A DNA stretch of 33,683 nucleotides from the NCBI GenBank assembly GCA_902767395.1, contig CACXHI010000017.1, forward strand, positions 1 through 33,683, read 5' to 3'. Shown here piece by piece: positions 26,751 to 32,910 of this stretch; within the stretch, counting starts at the first letter, position 1, and each line of letters opens with the position of its first letter. The position numbers and the translations under genes were made by a program. Origin of the DNA: Oscillospiraceae bacterium. GTDB lineage: Bacteria; Bacillota; Clostridia; Oscillospirales; Oscillospiraceae. The notes under the pieces are model-generated. The model had not been told where the DNA came from. It did not search any database and was given only the letters and a program-made list of their open reading frames with translations.

Positions 26751-27584
26751 CTTGTCTCCTTTTTGGCCGGAGGCCGTTCTTCCGGTGGGCAGGGTAGCTG
26801 CGGTGGTGATGACCTTTGCGGGGCATTTCTCAGCGCACTTGCCGCACTGCACACAGTTTTCGTAGTTGACGTGGGCCAGATTGGTCTGGACGGAAATGGC
26901 GTCATGCTCACACTGGCGGACGCAGAGAGAGCAGCCGATACAGCCGGCGGAGCAGACCTTTTTCACCTGCGGTCCCTTGTCGCGGTTGGAGCACTGAACG
27001 GCCACCTGCTTGCTTTCAGGCACCAGCTCGATCAGTCCCTTGGGACAGGCCTTGGCGCACAGGCCGCAGCCCACGCAGCGGCTGCGGTTCACCACAGCCA
27101 CGCCGTCGCGGACGGTGATGGCGTTTTCCGGGCAGACCTTGATACAGGAGCCGAGCCCCACGCAGCCGTAGTCGCAGTCGGTCAGGGCCAGGCCCGCGCG
27201 AACCGCGCTCGCGCAGTCCGCAATGCCAACGTAGTTGCCCTGGTTGGAGGTGAATTCGCAGGAGCCCTTGCACTTGACAAAGGCGATTTTCCGCGCAACG
27301 TCGCCTGCCTCGGTTCCCATGATCGAGCCGATCTTCTGGGCAACGGGCGAACCGCCTACGGGGCAGCCGTTCACCGGCGCCTCGCCCTTGGCAATGGCGG
27401 CCGCCATTGCGTCGCAGCCGGCGTAGCCGCAGGCGCCGCAGTTGTTACCGGGCAGAACCTCCCGGACGGCGGCCTCGCGCGCATCGACCTCGACGTAGAA
27501 TTTCTTCCCCATGAAGACCAGACCGGCGCCGACAATGATGCCGATTACGGTGATGACCGCAGTGGTAATCAGAATGAGATCCAT
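25419..27584 (-). CDS. RnfB-NrfA fusion: Rnf complex subunit B (polyferredoxin) joined in frame to pentaheme cytochrome c nitrite reductase
   Basis: One uninterrupted frame of 721 codons from ATG 27584 (TAAGGAGG SD; the TAA is the rnfA stop) to TGA 25419. The N-terminal 278 aa are RnfB: TM helix, CGACGYAGC...GCPVGG cluster, four CxxCxxCxxxCP-type motifs. Then come a 19-aa linker, a second TM helix and a 443-aa NrfA with CLTCK (26319-26333), CYTCH, CGQCHIEYYF, CADCH, CVQCH and MLKAQHPE. Confidence 0.85.
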   Translation of the reverse strand: MDLILITTAVITVIGIIVGAGLVFMGKKFYVEVDAREAAVREVLPGNNCGACGYAGCDAMAAAIAKGEAPVNGCPVGGSPVAQKIGSIMGTEAGDVARKIAFVKCKGSCEFTSNQGNYVGIADCASAVRAGLALTDCDYGCVGLGSCIKVCPENAITVRDGVAVVNRSRCVGCGLCAKACPKGLIELVPESKQVAVQCSNRDKGPQVKKVCSAGCIGCSLCVRQCEHDAISVQTNLAHVNYENCVQCGKCAEKCPAKVITTAATLPTGRTASGQKGDKMDKKTIIWKVVCALLIIAAAVLLLSGVLNGNTMYHLGNRGELGPLTRSDIQYVTLDAPVASSKDGTVNAADWESVFPYIAKSMKANADNAEVADYLEQDPYLVNVYEGYGFARDYGSARGHAFCLTDVGKTERPHPMANCLTCKTPNFAKLVNDNGVEVYKWDFEEVMGKMEESVSCYTCHGNDAGNKGQITITHSYVNKALGANAERIAPSTLSCGQCHIEYYFTVADAETMMPYDSVEAMTPEAILAYYDSIENKDGEQGFYDWIQPSTGAHMLKAQHPETETYLSGKHAAMGMSCADCHMAIVQEEDGTIYHSHYIDSPLNDKTLLSTCVQCHGDTDMVEMVHKLQERITAREAEVGNKLSAFKDALADAVKAAEEGAPGAKTEDELNAIRKLYREAQWFFDFDYVENSEGAHNSELATRCLDTAESKITEGMDLLGIEN
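26751..27584 (-). other. rnfB: RnfB module (N-terminal TM, RnfB-type Fe-S domain, 2 x 2[4Fe-4S] ferredoxin domains, linker)
   Basis: MDLILITTAVITVIGIIVGAGLVFMGKKF...LPGNNCGACGYAGCDAMAAAIAKGEAPVNGCPVGG..., then CVGLGSCIKVCP, CVGCGLCAKACP, CIGCSLCVRQCE, CVQCGKCAEKCP. There is no stop codon at its end. Confidence 0.85.
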
Positions 27585-27594
27585 GGCGCCCTCC

Positions 27595-28176
27595 TTAGAA
27601 CGACAGGCCGGAGAAGCCCATGAAGGCAATGGACATGAGCGCCGCTGCAATCAGTACGATGGGCGCGCCCCGCAGGGGAGCGGGGAGGTCGTCCTCGTTG
27701 ATGCGGCTGCGAATGCCCGCCAACAGGACAATGGCCAGAGTGAAGCCCAGCGCGGTGCCGAAGCCGGAGAGAACGGATTCGATGAAGTTGTAGCCGTTCT
27801 GCACGTTGGTCAGAGCCACGCCGAGCACGGCGCAGTTGGTGGTAATCAGCGGCAGGAAGATGCCCAGCGATTTGTAAACGGCGGGGGCAGCCTTTTTGAG
27901 GAACATTTCCACAATCTGCACCAGCGCCGCAATCACTAGAATGAAAACGATGGTCTTCATGAAATCGAGACCCAGCGGTTCCAGCACGTAGGTGTAGAGC
28001 AGGCTCGCCACGGCGGAGGCGATGGTAATGACGAAGATGACCGCGCCGCCCAGAGAAGCGGAGGCCTTCATTTGCTTGGATACGCCGAGGAAGGAGCAGA
28101 TGCCGAGGAACTGGCTCAGAACCACGTTGTTAATCAGCGCGCCGGAAACAATCAGCAGCAGCAAATTGTGATTCAT
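27595..28176 (-). CDS. rnfA: Rnf electron transport complex subunit A
   Basis: From ATG 28176 (GGAGG SD): MNHNLLLLIVSGALINNVVLSQFLGICSFLGVS..., the RnfA/NqrE signature; 193 aa with six TMs. Overlaps the rnfE stop by 4 nt. Confidence 0.92.
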   Translation of the reverse strand: MNHNLLLLIVSGALINNVVLSQFLGICSFLGVSKQMKASASLGGAVIFVITIASAVASLLYTYVLEPLGLDFMKTIVFILVIAALVQIVEMFLKKAAPAVYKSLGIFLPLITTNCAVLGVALTNVQNGYNFIESVLSGFGTALGFTLAIVLLAGIRSRINEDDLPAPLRGAPIVLIAAALMSIAFMGFSGLSF

Positions 28177-28853
28177 TTCGCCACCTCCTTCGAGGCCTCG
28201 CACTGAGAGGCACAGCTGGCGCAGCAGCCGTCGCAGCCGCTCTCTACCAGCTTGCGCTGGCGGGTCTTAATGCCGACGGCGTTCATAATGATGATGAACA
28301 GGGCAATGACCAGAAACGCGCCGGGAGGCTGGATGAAGATACCGATGGGCTCAACGGTCTGCGGCAGGATCTGCACGCCGAAGCAGGTGCCGCTGCCGAG
28401 AATCTCACGAACCGCGCCGGCCAGTGTCAGCGCGACGGTGAAGCCCAGTCCCATACCAATGCCGTCAAAGACGGAGAGCAGGGGCGTGTTCTTGTTGGCG
28501 TAGGCCTCGGCACGGCCAAGAATGATGCAGTTGACCACGATGAGCGGGATATAGATGCCGAGCGCCTCGTAAACCGAGGGCAGATAGGCCTCAATCAGAA
28601 GCTCCGTCACGGTGACCAGCGAGGCCACGATGACGATGTAGGCCGGAAGACGGACCTGATCGGGTATGACCTTTCGCAGCAGGGAGATGACCAGATTGGA
28701 CAGCACCAGAACCGCCAGCGTCGAAAGACCCATGCCAATGCCATTTGCGGCGCGGGTGGAGACTGCCAGCGTCGGACACATGCCCAGCATCAGGACCAGC
28801 GTGGGGTTTTCCTTGATGAGACCGTTGTACAGCCGTTCGAGATATTTGTTCAT
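28173..28853 (-). CDS. rnfE: Rnf electron transport complex subunit E (with Cys-rich C-terminal tail)
   Basis: GLIKENPTLVLMLGMCPTLAVST is the RnfE/NqrD signature; 226 aa. The tail GCDGCCASCASQC is at 28200-28235. Confidence 0.92.
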   Translation of the reverse strand: MNKYLERLYNGLIKENPTLVLMLGMCPTLAVSTRAANGIGMGLSTLAVLVLSNLVISLLRKVIPDQVRLPAYIVIVASLVTVTELLIEAYLPSVYEALGIYIPLIVVNCIILGRAEAYANKNTPLLSVFDGIGMGLGFTVALTLAGAVREILGSGTCFGVQILPQTVEPIGIFIQPPGAFLVIALFIIIMNAVGIKTRQRKLVESGCDGCCASCASQCEASKEVAK

Positions 28854-28854
28854 C

Positions 28855-30396
28855 TTACTCCCCCCTTATCTTTGTGTTGATGAAGTCGAGTCCTGCGTTC
28901 ACCGCGTTGACGACGGCTTTGGAGGTGATGGTCACGCCGGTGATGCCATCCACGTCCTCGCCCAGCGTCAGCTGGTCGGCCTGCTTGCCCGCGAACTGAT
29001 CCATGAATGCAGGCTCCCCGCAGAGCATTCCCTTGCCGGGCGTTTCGTGAAGCTCAGTGAAGGAGATGCCGTTGATCACACCGTCAGTACTGACGCCGAT
29101 GGAAAGGGTCACGTTGCCGTCATAGCCCTCGGCGGAGGTGACGGAGACCGCGTAGCCCACCACGTTTCCGGCGGCGTCCTTGCCAACCAGCGCGTCCTTG
29201 ATGTAGACCCGCCCGTAGCCGGTGCCGTAGACCTCGCCGCCGAGGAACTCCACCTTGTCGGAGAAGGACTCAAAGCTCTCCGCCTCGGGAAGCACCGTCT
29301 TGTAGGCAGCGGCGGCCGCCGCGTTTTTCTGCTCGTCGATGGTGGATTTGGTCATCGAGAAAACGCCGGACAGCGCCAGACCGGAGAGCAGCGCAATCAC
29401 GGACAGGGCGATCACGGGCTTGGGAATCCGCTGTGACAGCGGCTTCTTTGCCTCGCCGCTGCGTATCTTCAGCGCGCGCCTGCGGAAGGCGTAGGGCTTG
29501 TCAACAATGTAGGTGTCGATCAGCGGGACAAAGAGGTTTGCCACAATGATCGAGTAGCTGAACGAGTCGGCGGACTGGCCCTTGATGCGGAACAGAGCGC
29601 CGAGCACGCCGATCAGAACGCCGTAGAAGGTCTGACCCAGACGGCTCATGGGGGAGGTAACGTAGTCGGTGGCCATGAAGAACGCGCCGAGCACGACGCC
29701 GCCGCCGCACAGGTGGGCGGCAAGGAAGCCGGGGTCGAAGCCCTGCCCGCCGAAGAGGGCCATGAACAGGGTGAAGCCTCCGAGCACGGAGAAGCAGATT
29801 TGCCCGTGGATGATGTCAAAGGCCCAGAGCGCAAGACCACCGATCATCAGGCCGAGAATCGAGCCGCCGATGACGCCGTTGGCGCTGCCGAGGAACATCG
29901 AGGTGATGTCCACGACCCGCCCTGCGGCCAGCTCCGCACAGGGAGTGGCGGAGGCCACGCCGTCAATCCCATAGACCGTCATGGCGTTGGGGAAGGAGAT
30001 CAGCAGGAAGCACCGGGCAGCCAGAGCCGGGTTGACGAAGTTCTTGCCCAGACCGCCGAAGGCGCATTTGACGACCAGAATCGCGAAGATAGAGCCAATG
30101 ACCGGCGCGTAGAGCGGCGTTTCGGCGGAGAGCGTCAGCGCCAGCATCAGGCCGGTGACAGCGGCGGAGCCGTCCTTCCAGGAGTCCGGCTTCCCCGTGA
30201 GCTTATCGAAGACCAGCTCCGTGAGCACCGCCGTAATCACAGAGGTCAGAATCACCCAAAGGGCGTGCAAGCCGAAGGTGATAATGCCGATGACGGTGGC
30301 CGGCATCAGCGCCAGCAGAACCATCTTCATAATGAAGGAAGTGGACCAAATGTCTCTTACGTGAGGGCCGGCGGAAAGATTTAATCTCTGATTCAT
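28855..30396 (-). CDS. RnfD-RnfG fusion (both covalent-FMN subunits in one 513-aa ORF)
   Basis: Residues 1 to about 309 are RnfD/NqrB-like (LSAGPHVR, GLGKNFVNPALAAR, flavinylation-type SAT in GVASATP, FMATDYVTSP, VPLID). A basic linker (FRRRALKIRSGEAKKPLSQRIPK, about 29400-29470) and a TM helix follow, then an RnfG/NqrC FMN_bind domain ending DGITGVTITSKAV. No stop and no SD at the junction. ATGA overlap with rnfC. Confidence 0.88.
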   Translation of the reverse strand: MNQRLNLSAGPHVRDIWSTSFIMKMVLLALMPATVIGIITFGLHALWVILTSVITAVLTELVFDKLTGKPDSWKDGSAAVTGLMLALTLSAETPLYAPVIGSIFAILVVKCAFGGLGKNFVNPALAARCFLLISFPNAMTVYGIDGVASATPCAELAAGRVVDITSMFLGSANGVIGGSILGLMIGGLALWAFDIIHGQICFSVLGGFTLFMALFGGQGFDPGFLAAHLCGGGVVLGAFFMATDYVTSPMSRLGQTFYGVLIGVLGALFRIKGQSADSFSYSIIVANLFVPLIDTYIVDKPYAFRRRALKIRSGEAKKPLSQRIPKPVIALSVIALLSGLALSGVFSMTKSTIDEQKNAAAAAAYKTVLPEAESFESFSDKVEFLGGEVYGTGYGRVYIKDALVGKDAAGNVVGYAVSVTSAEGYDGNVTLSIGVSTDGVINGISFTELHETPGKGMLCGEPAFMDQFAGKQADQLTLGEDVDGITGVTITSKAVVNAVNAGLDFINTKIRGE

Positions 30397-30866
30397 TTCC
30401 TACCTCCTGCCTGCGCTGCCCGTTTCCGGGCCAGAATCTCCGCTTTGGTCTGCTTGAACATCTGCGTCAAGGGCCGCCGGGCCGGACAGATGTAGGTACA
30501 CGAGCCGCAGGCGATACATTCCAGACCGTAGAGCTTGGTTTCGTAGCGTTCCCAGTTCTTCATGTTGATGGCGTCGGCCATCAGCGCGGGAACCAGTCCG
30601 TTCGGGCAGATGGTGGAGCAGCGTCCGCAGTGCAGACAGGCGGTCATCTCTTTCTCCGCCTTCTCCACGCGGTCGTCTGCAAGGAGCGTGAGCGCGTTGG
30701 TGTTCTTCTGGATGGGGACGTCCAGACTTGCCACGGCAACGCCCATCATGGGGCCGCCGGAGAGCGCTTTTTTCGGCGTGCATCCGGCTTTGACGCCGCC
30801 GCTGGCCTCCAAAAGCTGCGCAAAGGTGGTGCCGTCTCTGGCAATGAAGTTGGAAGGGGTCTGCAC
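30393..30866 (-). CDS. rnfC: RnfC C-terminal fragment as called in the ORF track (2 x [4Fe-4S] ferredoxin part); alternative representation of the rnfC locus
   Basis: The track ORF starts at GTG 30866 with no convincing SD. The same frame is open back to the TAG at 30906-30908. Confidence 0.5.
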   Translation of the reverse strand: MQTPSNFIARDGTTFAQLLEASGGVKAGCTPKKALSGGPMMGVAVASLDVPIQKNTNALTLLADDRVEKAEKEMTACLHCGRCSTICPNGLVPALMADAINMKNWERYETKLYGLECIACGSCTYICPARRPLTQMFKQTKAEILARKRAAQAGGRK

Positions 30867-30905
30867 GGCCTCGCCGGTGACGGTGAGAACATGTTCAAAC
30901 AGCGG

Positions 30906-31748
30906 CTAGTTCCAAGCCACGGCCCGCCCGATTGCATAGGCCGTGCCCACGTTGAGCACGATGCAGCCGACGTCTGCCGGAAGCATGGACACGGGGAAGT
31001 CCACCCCCGCGACGACGCGGATCAGACTGCGTTCGCCGCCCTGCGGGTATTTCGTGTGCAGGGGCAGCACCCGCATCCGGCGCTTGCCGGCAATCGCCTG
31101 CCGCATCGCGGCAATGGCCTCGGGCTTGTTGTCCTCAATGCCGATGACGCACTCAGCGTTGTCAAAGAGTCGAAGCGCGAGCTCCAAACCCTCCACAATG
31201 CCCGCCGCGTGGCTGCGCATGAGCTGGTCATTGCAGGTGATGTAGGGCTCGCATTCCGCGCCGTTGGCAATGAGATAGCGAATCTGATCCGGCACCTTGG
31301 GTGCAAGCTTGACGTGCGTGGGGAAGCCTGCCCCGCCGAGACCGACGATTCCGGCGTTCCGAACGCGGTCAAGAACGTCCTGATTTGTGAGCTTGTCGAC
31401 CTCCTGCCGCTGTCCGAGTCCTTCAATGGGCGTGTACTGTCCGTCGTTTTCCACGACGACGCACTCGGACATGGTACCGGCGATGGTACGCCGCTTCTCG
31501 ACGGCCTTCACCGTGCCGGAGCAGGAGCTGATGACACAGGCGGAAACGAATCCGTCCGCCTCCGCGAGCTTTTGTCCCACCAGAACCGGATCATTTTTCT
31601 TGACAATGGCTTTTGCGGGTTTTCCGATGTGCTGTGCCAGGGGAAAGACCATCTCGCCGGGAGGCGGGTCGAAGCGATGCAGGGTTGCGTTCCTGCTCAG
31701 CTCCTTCCGTCCCTTGGGATGGACTCCTCCGCGAAAGGTTATGTTCAC
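30906..31748 (-). CDS. rnfC: RnfC N-terminal fragment (barrel-sandwich + NAD/FMN-binding part) ending at the in-frame TAG; alternative representation of the rnfC locus
   Basis: The track ORF 30906-31781 begins at a TTG without an SD. GTG 31748 has an AGGAGGG SD. Confidence 0.55.
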   Translation of the reverse strand: MNITFRGGVHPKGRKELSRNATLHRFDPPPGEMVFPLAQHIGKPAKAIVKKNDPVLVGQKLAEADGFVSACVISSCSGTVKAVEKRRTIAGTMSECVVVENDGQYTPIEGLGQRQEVDKLTNQDVLDRVRNAGIVGLGGAGFPTHVKLAPKVPDQIRYLIANGAECEPYITCNDQLMRSHAAGIVEGLELALRLFDNAECVIGIEDNKPEAIAAMRQAIAGKRRMRVLPLHTKYPQGGERSLIRVVAGVDFPVSMLPADVGCIVLNVGTAYAIGRAVAWN

Positions 31749-31846
31749 TGTGATCGCCCTCCTGGATTGGATGAAAAACAAATTCTGCCGGCGTCATAAA
31801 ATACGGTATGTTATGAATAAAAATGCCGACAGTCCTCCTAACATAT

Positions 31847-31875
31847 ATGATAGCACAGAAAAAATAAAAAGGCAA
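31847..31875 (-). promoter_or_regulatory. sigma-A-like promoter for the rnf-nrfA-ccs operon (TTGCCT-N17-TATCAT, TGn extended -10)
   Basis: On the minus strand: TTGCCT 31875-31870, 17-nt spacer ending TGC, TATCAT 31852-31847. This lies in the AT-rich divergent intergenic region and leaves a leader of about 90 nt before GTG 31748. Confidence 0.4.
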
Positions 31876-31950
31876 TGGAAAAATTACGAATCGTTTTTGG
31901 AAAGATGTTGAATTCTGTGCAAAGTTATACTCGTACTTCTGTGGTTTTTC

Positions 31951-31959
31951 TGATATAAT
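31951..31959 (+). promoter_or_regulatory. extended -10 element (TGaTATAAT) upstream of rlmB
   Basis: TG 31951-31952 and consensus TATAAT 31954-31959, about 35 nt upstream of ATG 31995. No good -35. Confidence 0.35.
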
Positions 31960-31994
31960 AAACTGGATATCGTGAGAAAGTGTGCCTGATTGCT

Positions 31995-32798
31995 ATGAAA
32001 AATGAAAAAAACCGAGTGGATTTCCGAACCGGAAAACGGGAGGATCGCGCCCCGGAGGCGCTGGATGAGGGCTTGATCGAGGGCCGCAACGCCCTGACCG
32101 AGGCGCTCAAGAGCGGACGGACCATCGACAAGGTCTATCTTGCGGAGGGAAACACGGACCGCTCCCTGACCCGCCTCGCCGCACTTGCAAAAGAGGCCGG
32201 CGCGGTCGTCGTGCCGACGGATCGCCGCAAGCTGGATCAAATGAGTCCCACCGGCGCCCATCAGGGCGTGATCGCCGCGGTTGCCGCCCACGCCTATGCC
32301 TCCGTGGAGGAGATTCTGGCGCTGGCCGCCGAGCGTGGCGAGCCGCCTCTGATCGTCATTTGCGACGAGCTTTCCGATCCCCACAATCTCGGCGCGATTC
32401 TGCGAACGGCCGAGTGCGCCGGGGCGCACGGGGTCATTATTCCCAAGCGCCGCAGCGTGGGCCTGACCGCCGTGGTCTCCAAGACCTCCGCCGGCGCGGT
32501 GGAGTACCTGCCCGTGGCGCGGGTCAGCAATCTTGTCAATACGATCCGCACGCTCAAGGAGCACGGCGTATGGGTTTACGGCACGGCCGCCGACGCGGAC
32601 AGTCCGCTCTACCGCACGGACCTGACCGGCCCTGCGGCCATCGTTATCGGTAACGAGGGCGAGGGAATCAGCCGCCTCGTGCGCGAGAGCTGCGACGTGC
32701 TGGTCAGTATCCCTCTGAAGGGAAACATCTCTTCCCTGAACGCCTCGGCAGCGGCAGCTGTGATGCTCTATGAGGCTCTGCGCCAGCGTCAGAAGTAA
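31995..32798 (+). CDS. rlmB: 23S rRNA (guanosine-2'-O)-methyltransferase RlmB (SpoU/TrmH family)
   Basis: IEGRNALTEAL, HQGVIA, DELSDPHNLGAILRTAECAGAHGVI, IVIGNEGEGIS and PLKGNISSLNASAAAAVMLYE are SpoU/TrmH motifs. ATG 31995 or GTG 31980. Confidence 0.88.
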   Translation: MKNEKNRVDFRTGKREDRAPEALDEGLIEGRNALTEALKSGRTIDKVYLAEGNTDRSLTRLAALAKEAGAVVVPTDRRKLDQMSPTGAHQGVIAAVAAHAYASVEEILALAAERGEPPLIVICDELSDPHNLGAILRTAECAGAHGVIIPKRRSVGLTAVVSKTSAGAVEYLPVARVSNLVNTIRTLKEHGVWVYGTAADADSPLYRTDLTGPAAIVIGNEGEGISRLVRESCDVLVSIPLKGNISSLNASAAAAVMLYEALRQRQK

Positions 32799-32910
32799 TT
32801 TGTTCTCACCCTGTTCGGCCCGGCGTTTGGGCCGCCGAATACAGTCGTCAGGAACCGCCTCCCGCAACGCTGTGGGGGAGACGTTCCATCGTTTGGAGTA
32901 AGTTTCAACC

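Larger units (their letters stand above)
30393..31748 (-). pseudogene. rnfC: rnfC locus: full-length RnfC frame interrupted by one in-frame TAG at 30906-30908
   Basis: GTG 31748 (8 nt after AGGAGGG) opens VNITFRGGVHP... The frame reads ...GTAYAIGRAVAWN-TAG-PLFEHVLTVTGEAVQTPSNF... without a frame change and continues to TGA 30393. N-terminal part: GLGGAGFPTHVKL nucleotide-binding region. C-terminal part: CLHCGRCSTICP and CIACGSCTYICP. About 451 codons, normal RnfC length. Confidence 0.8.

Noticed and set aside
25503-27623. Very long plus-strand ORFs opposite real genes: 25503-27623 (706 aa), 10703-12637 (644 aa), 6635-8377 (580 aa), 20102-21787 (561 aa), 15033-16559 (508 aa), 17833-19188, 9176-10486, 24088-25341, 22061-23227, 30630-31799 and, on the minus strand, 31884-32924.
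   Set aside because: Their products are R/G/A/H/Q/D-rich low-complexity strings with no recognisable motifs and no SD-led starts. Each lies antisense to an ORF with clear family signatures. This is the usual shadow-ORF effect in GC-rich DNA, where stop codons are rare.
27585-27650. N-terminal extension of the rnfB-nrfA ORF (MQRRSCPLPSWASPACRSKEGA...) as given in the track.
   Set aside because: It overlaps the end of rnfA, has no SD and is non-RnfB-like. ATG 27584 sits behind TAAGGAGG and starts exactly at the RnfB TM helix.
30906-30908. Genome-wide reassignment of TAG to a sense codon as the explanation for the rnfC interruption.
   Set aside because: TAG ends at least five well-delimited genes in this window (5394, 7751, 11255, 15132, 17896). 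Reading the trkA TAG as sense would fuse TrkA in frame to TrkH through the trkH SD. A local event (mutation, error or site-specific recoding) is more likely.
31591-31875. A 94-aa minus-strand ORF in the rnfC leader, and the TTG-extended rnfC start at 31781.
   Set aside because: The 94-aa ORF is out of frame with rnfC, overlaps it, begins inside the putative promoter and has no family resemblance. The TTG at 31781 lacks an SD, whereas GTG 31748 has AGGAGGG at ideal spacing and gives the conserved RnfC opening (TFRGGVHP).
31853-31920. 8-bp inverted repeat GCACAGAA (31853-31860) / TTCTGTGC (31913-31920) flanking the putative rnf promoter. Also a search for Rex (TTGTGAA-N4-TTCACAA), FNR/CRP (TTGAT-N4-ATCAA) or NsrR-type operators in 31749-31979.
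   Set aside because: The arms are about 52 nt apart, so this is not an operator-like geometry, and an 8-mer match is expected by chance in about 230 bp. I found no convincing Rex/FNR/NsrR palindrome by eye. A proper PWM scan would be needed.
32816-32832. Possible weak terminator after rlmB (GGCCC-GGCGTTT-GGGCC).
   Set aside because: The stem is only 5 bp and there is no U-tract. This is not enough to call.
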